From NCBI GenBank assembly GCA_013697585.1, contig JACCWP010000026.1, positions 1 through 51,699 on the forward strand: a stretch of 51,699 bases of DNA, written 5' to 3'. Shown here piece after piece: positions 42,431-51,074 of the stretch. The notes below the pieces were generated by a model. That model was not told the origin of the DNA and made no database searches. It worked only from the letters and a program-made list of their open reading frames with translations. The translations under genes were made by a program, and so were the position numbers. Each line of letters begins with the position of its first letter. The stretch's first letter is position 1. This DNA comes from Nocardioidaceae bacterium (lineage in GTDB: Bacteria; Actinomycetota; Actinomycetes; Propionibacteriales; Nocardioidaceae).

Positions 42431-43234
42431 TCAGCAGTTGCGTTCGAAGACCAGCCGCAGGCCGATCAGGGTCAAGGCCGGCTCGTGCGCGTCGACCTGG
42501 GCGCACTCGTCCAGGATCACCGGCGCCAGGCCGCCGGTGGCCACGACGGTCACGTCCGAGCGGCGGGCACCGAGCGCCTCGACCATTCGGGCGACGACGC
42601 CGTCGACCTGGCTGGCGAATCCGAACACGGCACCCGACTGGAGCGCTTCGACCGTGTTCTTGGCAATCACCGACCGCGGCCGGGCCAGCTCGACTCGACG
42701 CAGCTGCGAGCCGCGACGCCCCAGGGCCTCCAGCGAGATCTCGATGCCGGGTGCGATCGCCCCGCCCACGTACTCGCCGGCGGGGCTGACCACGTCGAAC
42801 GTGGTGGCCGTGCCGACGTCGACGACGATGCACGGTCCGCCGAACAGCGACGACGCCGCGAGCGCGTTGACGATGCGGTCAGTGCCGACCTCGCGGGGGT
42901 TGTCCATGTGCACGGGCACGCCGGTGCGGACGCCGGTCTCCACGATCAGGTGGGGCACGTCGCAGAAGTAGCGCTCGAGCACCTGCCGTACCTCGTGGAG
43001 CACCATCGGCACCGTGGAACAGACCGCGATGCCGCTCGTGGGCACCCCCAGCTGCCCTGGTGGCACGTCGTGGCCGGGGTCGACGCCGCCGCGCAGCAGG
43101 CCGCGCAGCAAGACGAACCACTCGTCGGCAGTGCGGCTCTCGGCTGTTGTCACGCGCCACTGGTGCAGCAGCTTGTCGCCCTCGAACAACCCCAGCCCGG
43201 TGTGGCTGTTGCCGATGTCGACGCACAGCAACAC
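42431..43234 (-). CDS. coaX: Type III pantothenate kinase
   Basis: LLCVDIGNS, EVGTDRIVN, VDVGTATTFD, GGAIAPG, ATGG, LTLIGL. Confidence 0.95.
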   Translation of the reverse strand: MLLCVDIGNSHTGLGLFEGDKLLHQWRVTTAESRTADEWFVLLRGLLRGGVDPGHDVPPGQLGVPTSGIAVCSTVPMVLHEVRQVLERYFCDVPHLIVETGVRTGVPVHMDNPREVGTDRIVNALAASSLFGGPCIVVDVGTATTFDVVSPAGEYVGGAIAPGIEISLEALGRRGSQLRRVELARPRSVIAKNTVEALQSGAVFGFASQVDGVVARMVEALGARRSDVTVVATGGLAPVILDECAQVDAHEPALTLIGLRLVFERNC

Positions 43235-43236
43235 GA

Positions 43237-44118
43237 TCAGCCACCTCCCGCGCTCAGCCCGAGATCGACTGCTGCGTTGTCTATCAGCCGAGTCTCGCCG
43301 ATGCGCGCGGCCACGAGCAGTCGTGACGGGCCGGAGTCCGGCGGCTTGGCGAGGTCGGGCGCGACGACGCTCACGTAGTCCGGCCACAGGCCCGAGACGC
43401 CGTCGAGCACCGCTCGCGCGGCCGACTCCACTTCGGCAGGGCCAGCCGACCCACGGCCGCTTCCGGCCTGAAGCGCCCGCCACAGCGCGGTGGCATCCCG
43501 ACGCTGGTCGGCGTCGAGATAGCCGTTGCGCGATGAGAGGGCGAGCCCGTCGGGCTCGCGGACGATCGGGACGCCGCGCACGTCGACCCGTTGCGAGAGC
43601 TGGCGCACCATGCGACGCACCAGCACGAGCTGCTGATAGTCCTTCGCGCCGAACCATGCCGTGGCGGGCCGGACCAGCCCGACCAGCGCGGCAACCACCG
43701 TGAGCACGCCGCGGAAATGACCCGGCCGAGCCGCACCTTCCAGCACGGCCCCGAGCGGGCCGGGATCGACGCTGACGCCGCCATCGGGCCCGTCGGGATA
43801 GATGTCTGCGACGTCGGGAGCGAGGACGACGTCGACACCCTCGCGGGCGCAGGTCTCGAGGTCGGCGTCCCAGGTGCGGGGGTAGCGGTGGAGGTCCTCG
43901 CCGGGCGCGAACTGCAGCGGGTTCACGAAGATCGAGGTGACCACGAGGTCGGCGTCCGCGCGTGCCTCACGCAGCAGCGCCGCATGGCCCGCGTGGAGAG
44001 CGCCCATGGTGGGCACCAGGCCGACGCGCCGCTCGGCGCCCCGCGCGAGGGCGAGCACGCCGTCAAGCTCGCAACGGGTGCGGACGACCGTCGGCTGACT
44101 CGCTCTCGACCCGGCCAT
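43237..44118 (-). CDS. panC: Pantoate--beta-alanine ligase
   Basis: VPTMGALHAGH, SIFVNPLQF, RPGHFRGV, FGAKDYQQ, GLALSSRN, TRLIDN. Confidence 0.97.
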   Translation of the reverse strand: MAGSRASQPTVVRTRCELDGVLALARGAERRVGLVPTMGALHAGHAALLREARADADLVVTSIFVNPLQFAPGEDLHRYPRTWDADLETCAREGVDVVLAPDVADIYPDGPDGGVSVDPGPLGAVLEGAARPGHFRGVLTVVAALVGLVRPATAWFGAKDYQQLVLVRRMVRQLSQRVDVRGVPIVREPDGLALSSRNGYLDADQRRDATALWRALQAGSGRGSAGPAEVESAARAVLDGVSGLWPDYVSVVAPDLAKPPDSGPSRLLVAARIGETRLIDNAAVDLGLSAGGG

Positions 44119-45017
44119 CAGGTCGACGCCCGGTCGCCGCCCAGCAGGTCGTCGAGCGCAGCGTGCTGATCGGCCGTCAGCCTCTCGTCGCGCTCGGCCC
44201 GCCGCGCGGTGGCGGCCGCCATCGCCCGGTAGGCGTCCCGGGTGGTCGGGTCTGCGTCCTCCAGCGCGGCCAGGTGGGCCGCCACGGTGCGGACGTCACC
44301 GCGCACGACGGGGCCGGTCAGCGCGGCGTCACCGTAGGTCAAGACATTGTCCAGCGCGGCGTGCAGCAGGGGTCGCAGCACTGCCGCCGGATCGGTGGAT
44401 CCCGTCGACCGGAGCAGGTCCATCGCCTCGCCGACCAGGGTGACCAGGTGGTTGGCGCCGTGAGCGAGCGCCGCGTGGTAGCGGGCCCGCTGGTCCTCCG
44501 GAACGTGCACCGCGCGGGCGCCGAGGTCAGCCGCGAGCCGCTCGCCGATCGCCCGGCCACGCGGGCCAGCGGTGAGACCGAGGACGGTGCTCGGCAACCG
44601 GGCGAGATCGACGTCGGTGCCGGTGAACGTCATGGCCGGGTGCAGCGCCACGGCGATCGCGCCGACCTCGGCAGCCGGTGCGAGGACGCCGGTGCCGTGC
44701 CGGCCGCTGGTGTGCACGACCACCTGACCGGGACGCAACGCATGGGCGTCGGCGAGGGTCTCGACGAGCCCGGCCAGCACGTCGTCGGGCACGGTGAGCA
44801 GCAGCAGGTCGGCGGCGCGAGCGACCTGCTCGGGTGGCAGCGGAGCGAGCCCCGGCAACAGCGTCTCGAGCCGGGTGCGGGACCCAGCCGACCCCCCCGA
44901 GGCCGCGACGACCTCGTGGCCAGCGGCCCGCATCGCGGCCGCGAGCACCGCCCCGACACGTCCGGCACCGATGACGCCGATGCGATAGCGAGCCGGGTCG
45001 TCACTGGGGATGGTCAT
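44118..45017 (-). CDS. Rossmann-like + DUF2520 protein (PanG-type ketopantoate reductase candidate)
   Basis: IGVIGAGRVG, LTVPDD, HTSG, LHPAMTF, YHAALAHGANHL, LTGPVVRGD. SD AAAGGTG 6 nt before ATG 45017. Confidence 0.88.
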   Translation of the reverse strand: MTIPSDDPARYRIGVIGAGRVGAVLAAAMRAAGHEVVAASGGSAGSRTRLETLLPGLAPLPPEQVARAADLLLLTVPDDVLAGLVETLADAHALRPGQVVVHTSGRHGTGVLAPAAEVGAIAVALHPAMTFTGTDVDLARLPSTVLGLTAGPRGRAIGERLAADLGARAVHVPEDQRARYHAALAHGANHLVTLVGEAMDLLRSTGSTDPAAVLRPLLHAALDNVLTYGDAALTGPVVRGDVRTVAAHLAALEDADPTTRDAYRAMAAATARRAERDERLTADQHAALDDLLGGDRAST

Positions 45018-45023
45018 GCGCTG

Positions 45024-45062
45024 CACCTTTCGTTCCAGTCCCGCTGGGGGTACCGGACGGTG
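45024..45062 (-). promoter_or_regulatory. Putative cis-regulatory RNA hairpin with bulged adenosines over the RBS of the pan operon
   Basis: Minus-strand RNA CAC-CG-UCCGGU-(A)-CCC-CCAGC-GGG-ACUGGA-(A)-CG-AAAGGUG. Upstream CACC can alternatively pair with the SD GGUG. Confidence 0.55.
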
Positions 45063-45126
45063 GGCCGAGCGGATTCAGCGTACGTCGCCGGCGGACCGCG
45101 CGCACCGAGCCGACCGGTGCCGTCCG

Positions 45127-46500
45127 TCACACCCGGGCGCTGGCACCGGCGGTGGTGGCCACGGTCAGCGCGGTCCGCCACGCCTCGCTCTGGTCGCGGT
45201 GCAGACCGACTGCCTGCACCGGACCTGGTGGCAGGTGGAGGCGCAGCGTGGCGAGGCCGAGCCGACGCTGCAGCGGGCCCTGCCGCACGGCGCACGACTG
45301 CACCTTGTGCCGTGGCACGACGTCGGTACGCCGGGTGAGCCACCCTCGCCTCGTGACGACCACTCCCGGCCCACCGGGGGCTCCCGCCGACATCCCCAGG
45401 GCCAGCACCCGGCGGGTGAGGGGCGCCAGCACCATGGCCCGGTGGGGGATCCCGGTCAGCGGCACGCTCGCAATGTCGCCGGCGAGCGCGTCGATGGCGA
45501 TCCGCGCGCCCCGATCGCGCTCGACCACGGGCAGCAGCGTCGCCGACAGCCGGCCGGTGTCGTCGCTGCGGCTGCCTACGCCGGCCACGGTGACCAGTCC
45601 CTCGCACCAGCCCAGCCGGCGCCAGACCATCGGCTCGACCACCACGACCCCTTGCACCCGGTCGGTGGGGATCGACTGGGTGCGTACGTCGAGCAGACCT
45701 GCCCGGACGGCAAGGCCTCGTGCCGTCCGGGTCAGCGTGAAGCCGTAGTGCGAGACGAACCCGCTCCACACCGCGTTGCCGACCGCGAGCGCGGCCGGGA
45801 GGACCAGGGCTAGCCCGAGCGGTTCGCCGACAACGACCGAGATGGTGGCGGCCGCTGCGGCGCCGAGCAGGGCGACCAGTGGACCGGTGCGCACCAGCTG
45901 GCTGACCAGCAGCAGCCCCGGTGTCGCCCGGTGCAGAACCTCGTGCACCCCTTCGGCCGCCTCCTGGTGCTGTGACTCGGTCCCCTCGCGCGCTGTGGCG
46001 GCACGACCCTGCCCGGCTCGGCCCGACAGCTGGCCCGCCCGGGCGAGCAGCTCGACCCGCAGCTGCTGTGCCTGGGCGAGCGTGACGTACGCCAGCGTGG
46101 CCTCGGTGCCGTCGCCTGCGGTCTCGATCTGCAGCTCGGCCATGCGGAACACCCTTGCCAGCAGTGGCTGCTGCACCTCGACCGCCTGGACCCGGTCGAG
46201 CCGGATCCGCCGGGACCGTCGCACCACGATGCCGCTCTCGATCCGCAGCGTGTCGCTACCGACCTGATAGCGGGTCGTCCACCACGTCAGCGCTGCCCAG
46301 GCAGCGGCTGCCGCCACGACGGCGACGACGATCGGCAGCGGCCAGTCGACAGGGCCTCCCTCGAGCAGCTGCCGGCCCGCCGCAACCGTGATGGCCACGG
46401 CGATGATTCCGCCGCGCAGCAACGGTGTCAGCGGATGCAGCCGGCGCATCGGCGTGTCGCCCGACGGGGGTGCGGCCGGCGCTGGGTGATCGGCGGTCAC
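45127..46500 (-). CDS. Bacterial PH-domain membrane protein (YdbT-like)
   Basis: RRLHPLTPL, TM segments, three bPH_2-like repeats (RIRLDRVQAV, IPTDRVQGV, VPRHKVQSC...QGPLQRRLGLA). Confidence 0.87.
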   Translation of the reverse strand: MTADHPAPAAPPSGDTPMRRLHPLTPLLRGGIIAVAITVAAGRQLLEGGPVDWPLPIVVAVVAAAAAWAALTWWTTRYQVGSDTLRIESGIVVRRSRRIRLDRVQAVEVQQPLLARVFRMAELQIETAGDGTEATLAYVTLAQAQQLRVELLARAGQLSGRAGQGRAATAREGTESQHQEAAEGVHEVLHRATPGLLLVSQLVRTGPLVALLGAAAAATISVVVGEPLGLALVLPAALAVGNAVWSGFVSHYGFTLTRTARGLAVRAGLLDVRTQSIPTDRVQGVVVVEPMVWRRLGWCEGLVTVAGVGSRSDDTGRLSATLLPVVERDRGARIAIDALAGDIASVPLTGIPHRAMVLAPLTRRVLALGMSAGAPGGPGVVVTRRGWLTRRTDVVPRHKVQSCAVRQGPLQRRLGLATLRLHLPPGPVQAVGLHRDQSEAWRTALTVATTAGASARV

Positions 46501-47000
46501 AGACCGGCTGCCTGCGCCTCGCCACGTTCGGCGAGCCGGTCGCGGAGCCGCCGCGCGTCCTCAGGCGGCAGCCCCGGCACGCGCGCCCTGGTGCTCGGTG
46601 ACGCGGTGTGCAGCATGACCGTCGTGACGCCGAAGGCCCGCTGCAGCGGCCCGGCGGTGACGTCCACCAGCTGCATCCGTCCGTACGGCACGACGTCGAG
46701 GCGGCGCCAGACGCGCCCTCGGGTGACCACGAGGTCGCTGTCGCGCTCCACCCAACCCCAGGCAGCCACCTGCCGGCCGGTGAGCCACCAGCCGTAGGCG
46801 CTCACCACGAGGAGGGCGCCGACGGCCACCGCGACGACGGGCCGTGTGCTCGGGACCATGACGGCGAGCACCACCAGCAGCACGACCAGCAGCATCGCGG
46901 CGCAGAGCATCTCGACCCGGCGCAACGTGGCGAGCCGGGGGCTCACCCGCGACCACACCGAACCGGGCACCGCGAACGGGTCGGGGGCGTTCGCTGTCAC
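46497..47000 (-). CDS. Bacterial PH-domain membrane protein (YdbS-like)
   Basis: Two TM helices, VVPYGRMQLVDVTAGPLQRAFG...LHTAS...PGL...LRDRL...AGL. TACCCT 7 nt before GTG 47000. Confidence 0.88.
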   Translation of the reverse strand: MTANAPDPFAVPGSVWSRVSPRLATLRRVEMLCAAMLLVVLLVVLAVMVPSTRPVVAVAVGALLVVSAYGWWLTGRQVAAWGWVERDSDLVVTRGRVWRRLDVVPYGRMQLVDVTAGPLQRAFGVTTVMLHTASPSTRARVPGLPPEDARRLRDRLAERGEAQAAGL

Positions 47001-47026
47001 GACGTCGAGGGTACGCAGCGCGGCCG

Positions 47027-48109
47027 CTAGTCCAGCTGGACCACGTCGGCGAGGATGCCGTCGCCGTCCAGGCGATGCTCGGCGGGACTGTCGTAGACGA
47101 CCAGCAACCGACGCCCGCCGTCGACGTCGACGTCGCCCAGCAGGCAGAGTCCCTCCGGATGGTCGTCGCCCTCGCCGTACGGCAGCTCCAGCAGCCGGCT
47201 GATCTCGTCGCCGCGCACCACCTCCGAGGCGTCTGAGTCCGCAGCGTCGTGCCACCGATGCACCCGGACGGGACCGTCGAGGTCCATGCTCGGACCGCTC
47301 AGGACGAGCAGGTCGTCACCGTCCGGGCACAGGTCACGCACCCCCAGGCCGTCCAGGTCGAGGAAGTGCTTGCGATAGGGCTCCTTGTCGGGGCCGATCT
47401 TCCGCAGCCGGAGCACATACGGGTCGTCGTCGTCGACGTAGGGGTGGACCTCGAGCACGACGGCCCACCCGCGCAGCACCGGACCGCGCAGTCCCAGGTA
47501 GAGCCGCTCGTTCAGAGCGGCGACACCTTCGAGGTCGAAACCGTTGTCCTTGCTGGGAATGGCGATGAATGGGCCGAGGTGGTCGTCGTCGGCGAGCAGG
47601 TCGGTCAGCGAGGTGCCGGCGCCACTGAGCACGGCCGCCGTGCGCGGCTCGCCGTCGGTCGTGACCTCACGCACGAGGCTCGGCAGGCCGTCGTCGTCGG
47701 TCACCACCGGGATCCTGACGACCACCCGACGGTTCGGCTCGTCCTCGACCTTTGCCAGCTGCTTGACTGCCTTGGCGTCGGCATGCTTGGCCTTGATCTT
47801 CTTGCGCTTGAGGCTGTGGGAGCCGACCGCCCACAGGTACGCCCCCGCACGGCCGATCCCCTCGATGTCGGCCTCGTCGCCGGCCGGACCTGGCAGGTCG
47901 ACGTAGTCGGCAAGGGCAAAGCTGCGGTGCGCGCCGTACGAGCCAGCCGGGCTCGACGAGTCGGCGACGAGCCGCTCGAGGGTCGCCGTCTCGTCACCGG
48001 CGACCCACAGGCAGCTGCCCTCGGCCCGCACCGCCGACAGGTTGGTGTGCGTACCGGCGTCTCGGGCATCGCTTCCGAACCGCAGCCGAACCGTGTCCGC
48101 GTCAGTCAT
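47027..48109 (-). CDS. DUF3616-like protein
   Basis: LWVAGDE, EADIEG, GSHSLKRKK, KDNGFDLEG, GLRGPVLRGWA, LDLDGLGVRDL, DHPEG, VVYDSP. Family name from recall. Confidence 0.78.
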   Translation of the reverse strand: MTDADTVRLRFGSDARDAGTHTNLSAVRAEGSCLWVAGDETATLERLVADSSSPAGSYGAHRSFALADYVDLPGPAGDEADIEGIGRAGAYLWAVGSHSLKRKKIKAKHADAKAVKQLAKVEDEPNRRVVVRIPVVTDDDGLPSLVREVTTDGEPRTAAVLSGAGTSLTDLLADDDHLGPFIAIPSKDNGFDLEGVAALNERLYLGLRGPVLRGWAVVLEVHPYVDDDDPYVLRLRKIGPDKEPYRKHFLDLDGLGVRDLCPDGDDLLVLSGPSMDLDGPVRVHRWHDAADSDASEVVRGDEISRLLELPYGEGDDHPEGLCLLGDVDVDGGRRLLVVYDSPAEHRLDGDGILADVVQLD

Positions 48110-48194
48110 GCCCGCGAGCCTGCCACGACACGACGCCAGGCTCAGCCCGCACCCGCCCAGCGCGGCACCGTCCACGCACCGCCATGATCGTCGG

Positions 48195-49091
48195 ATGGGC
48201 GCGACCAACCAGTGGATCGAGGTGCCGGTCAACGCGGGCTCCCTCTCCGCGCTGCGCTTCGGCACCGGACCACGGACCGCCGTTGCCGCCCACGGCATCA
48301 CCGCCTCAGGCATGGCGTTCCGCGCGGTTGCGCGCCGGCTGCCGAGCGACTGGACCCTGATCGCACTCGACCTGCGCGGCCGTGGCGCCAGCGCCGCACT
48401 GCCCGGCCCGTTCGGCATCGACGCGCACGCCAGCGACATCTGCGGTTCGGTCGAGCAGCTCGGGATCGGCCCCGTCACGCTGGTCGGTCACTCGATGGGC
48501 GCGTACGCGGCGCTGCGTGCCGCCGCGAACCGCCCCGACCTGATCGAGCGGCTGGTCCTGGTCGATGGCGGCATCCCACTCCCGGTGCCCGACGGTGCCG
48601 ACCTGGACCAGGTGCTCGAGGACACCGTCGGTCCGGCGATCGCGCGGTTGAGTCAGACGTTCCCGTCCGAGCAGGCCCACCTCGACCTGTTCCGGGACCA
48701 CCCCGCACTGGCCGGCTCGTGGAACGCGGACCTCGAGGCGTACGTCCGCTACGACCTCACCGGCTCGCCAGGAGCGTTCCGTTCGGTGGTCAACGAGACG
48801 GCGGTGCGACGCGACGGGCGCGACCTCCTCGACAGTGCCCGATCCATCGGCGCGGATCTGGCCGGTCTGGCCGTGCCGACACTGCTGCTGGTCGCGCCGT
48901 CGGGGATGCTGGGCGAGCCGCCCGGCCTGCTCCCGAAGCCCCTCGTCGAGCACTGGGACCGGCAGACCGCAGCCTTGCGCGTGGAGGTGGTCGGCGACAC
49001 CAACCACTACACGATCTTGATGGGTGAGCTCGGCGCGGACACCGTCGCCGCGCGCATCGACGACGCCTTCACCTGGCCGCCGGCAACGTGA
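48195..49091 (+). CDS. Alpha/beta hydrolase
   Basis: HGITA, DLRGRG, nucleophile elbow GHSMG, LVLVDGG, TNHYTI (catalytic His). Confidence 0.92.
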   Translation: MGATNQWIEVPVNAGSLSALRFGTGPRTAVAAHGITASGMAFRAVARRLPSDWTLIALDLRGRGASAALPGPFGIDAHASDICGSVEQLGIGPVTLVGHSMGAYAALRAAANRPDLIERLVLVDGGIPLPVPDGADLDQVLEDTVGPAIARLSQTFPSEQAHLDLFRDHPALAGSWNADLEAYVRYDLTGSPGAFRSVVNETAVRRDGRDLLDSARSIGADLAGLAVPTLLLVAPSGMLGEPPGLLPKPLVEHWDRQTAALRVEVVGDTNHYTILMGELGADTVAARIDDAFTWPPAT

Positions 49092-49163
49092 CGGAGTGAC
49101 TCACTGGTTGAGCTGCGGCGTAGGCAGTTCGGCCTCCTCGTGCCAGCCGGTGCCTCTCGGCTG

Positions 49164-49709
49164 CTAGCCGCTGGCTCGTCCTCGGTCGACCGCGCCGAAC
49201 AACCGGTACGGCCTGGGCGCCCAGTCGCCGGCGCCGCCCCGCCCGTCAGACCGGACAGCGACCCGCACAGAGAACGGTCGGTTGAAGCACCTGGGCGCGA
49301 ACTCGAAGGTGGCGACACCGCGGAAGCCGAACCGGATCCGCATGTCGCTGTCGCAGCGCGTGAGAACCTGCGCCGTGGGATCCCTCCAGCCCTCGACCCG
49401 GAACACCTGCCAGTCCGTGTCCGTCCTCAGCCCACCCGAGACGGCGAACTCCGGGCCGCTGTCGCGCCGCCTGGTGTCGAAGTAGACGGTCCAGCTGCGG
49501 GGCTTGTGGCGGGCCACGTAGTCGAAGCGCGCCCTGACAATGAGCCGCTCGTCGTGGACGACTCGCACCTCTCGGATGTCGAGTCCGCGGCGGGCATCAT
49601 CTGCCCGGTCCTCGAACGTGCGGGCGTCGGCGGCGGCCGGAGCGGCCGGGAGCAGCGCCGCAGCACTGGCGAGACAGACCGACGCGACCAGAACCCTGAA
49701 CAGCTGCAT
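49164..49709 (-). CDS. Secreted hypothetical protein (181 aa)
   Basis: Signal peptide MQLFRVLVASVCLASAAALLPAAPAAA-DA, GC3-rich codons, two Cys in the mature region, C-terminal DWAP. Confidence 0.7.
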   Translation of the reverse strand: MQLFRVLVASVCLASAAALLPAAPAAADARTFEDRADDARRGLDIREVRVVHDERLIVRARFDYVARHKPRSWTVYFDTRRRDSGPEFAVSGGLRTDTDWQVFRVEGWRDPTAQVLTRCDSDMRIRFGFRGVATFEFAPRCFNRPFSVRVAVRSDGRGGAGDWAPRPYRLFGAVDRGRASG

Positions 49710-49715
49710 GGGGCC

Positions 49716-49883
49716 TCACACCTCGTAGACCTTGAGGACCTCGTCCCCGTAGTGGTTGATGACCTTGACCGCGATCCGACCCGAGTCCGGCCGCTCGAAG
49801 GGCCGGGACCGGGTGTCGTACAGCGTGGCCCACGCGGCCTCGTCGATGTCGGCCTTGAGCGCCCGCTTCAACCGCGCGTACGG
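49716..49883 (-). pseudogene. C-terminal remnant of a large type III Mod-like DNA methyltransferase
   Basis: PYARLKRALKADIDEAAWATLYDTRSRPFERPDSGRIAVKVINHYGDEVLKVYEV* resembles the characteristic C-terminus of long Mod-like methyltransferases. No plausible own start. Confidence 0.8.
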
Positions 49884-49884
49884 G

Positions 49885-50601
49885 TGGGAGCTGTTCGGCG
49901 AGGCCAACGGGGCGCCGACGCTGCAAGACTTGCGTCGACAGGTCGGCCAGTACCGTCAGCAGCCACTCGGACCACGCGAAGACCCGATCATCGGCTCCAT
50001 CTTTGTACGCGACACCGTCTTCTTTCCGCTCGACGCTCCCTCCGGGCCTCTGCCGGAGTTCGCCTCCAACCTCGTACAGGGCAAAGGCTACGACCTCGCT
50101 GCCCCGAGCACTGGGGAGCCACTTCGAGGACATCCTCGCAAGGCTGCTCGGACGAGCGGTGGAGTTCGACCTTGACGCTCCGTGGCACATCACTGGACCG
50201 ATGTTCGGGGACCCGCGGCTCGCTCCTCGCCGCCTCGGGCAACGAGCCTTTTAAGGAGTCGTTCTCAACGCCTACGGCGGAAGATGCGCCATCACTGGAG
50301 ACCGCATCAGACCAGTGCTTCAAGCAGCACACATACGACCGGTGACTGCTGGGGGGAGCATCGTCTAGACAACGGGGTGCTGCTGAGGTCCGACGTGCAC
50401 ACGCTCTTCGACCGTGGATACCTGAGTGTCGACCCGAGGCACCGACTGGCGGTGAGTCCACGCTTGCGCGACGAGTTTTCCAACGGGGACGAGTTCTATG
50501 ACCGACAGGGAATCCGGATCGAGGTGCCGTCCAGGCGACTGGACAGGCCACACAAGGACTTCCTGGAGTGGCATCGCGACGAGCGGTTCCTCGCTTCATG
50601 A
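49885..50601 (+). pseudogene. 5'-truncated, disrupted HNH endonuclease (putative restriction enzyme)
   Basis: Stitched across frames: WELFGEANGA...NLVQGKGYDL / SHFEDILARLL...RLGQRAF*GVVLNAYGGRCAITG...AAHIRPV / EHRLDNGVLLRSDVHTLFDRGYL...LEWHRDERF. Frameshifts near 50115 and 50353, in-frame TAA at 50252-50254. Confidence 0.82.
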
Positions 50602-50767
50602 CGTGTCGCCCGCCGCCTTGATCTGCGCGACCTCGCGGGTGGCGTCCTCGACCTTGCCGTCCTTCACGTCCCGCTTGCGGGTCGAACCTGCCAGTTGGAG
50701 CCGAACTTGACTTGATGCCGTACGTCGGGTCGAGGTAAATCATCTGCACTTGGCCGCGCAGCCGCTC
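50602..50767 (-). pseudogene. Internal (motif IV) remnant of the same Mod-like methyltransferase
   Basis: ERLRGQVQMIYLDPTYGIK / KFGSNWQV / STRKRDVKDGKVEDATREVAQIKA. DPPY degraded to DPTY, a 5-bp duplication and a 1-bp deletion. Confidence 0.8.
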
Positions 50768-50789
50768 CGAGTGCTACGGTGTGTACACC

Positions 50790-51074
50790 ATGAGTCTCAG
50801 CGTGGGCATCAGAGAGCTGCGGCAACAGACGAGCGCCGTGCTCAAGCGCGTCGTGCGGGGCGAGACGATCGAGGTGACCGACCACGGTCACCCGATCGCC
50901 CGGATCGTTCCCCTGCGCCGGGGGACGCTGGACCAGCTGGTGCTCGAGGGGCGGGCGACCGCAGCGGCCGGTGACTTGCTGGACCTCGCCGACGAGCTGG
51001 GCATTCCGCGCGACGACGACGCAGCCATGTCCCCGTCGGTAGCGCTGGCGGAGCTGCGCACCGATGAGCGCTAG
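50790..51074 (+). CDS. vapB: Phd/YefM-family antitoxin
   Basis: VGIRELRQQTSAVLKRVVRGETIEVTDHGHPIARIVP. Overlaps vapC; palindrome GTGTACAC at 50781-50788 just upstream. Confidence 0.92.
   Translation: MSLSVGIRELRQQTSAVLKRVVRGETIEVTDHGHPIARIVPLRRGTLDQLVLEGRATAAAGDLLDLADELGIPRDDDAAMSPSVALAELRTDER

Noticed and set aside
49140..50345. 401-aa plus-strand ORF and other ORFs crossing the defence remnant
   Set aside because: No motifs; they overlap the secreted gene antisense and run out of frame with the HNH fragments.
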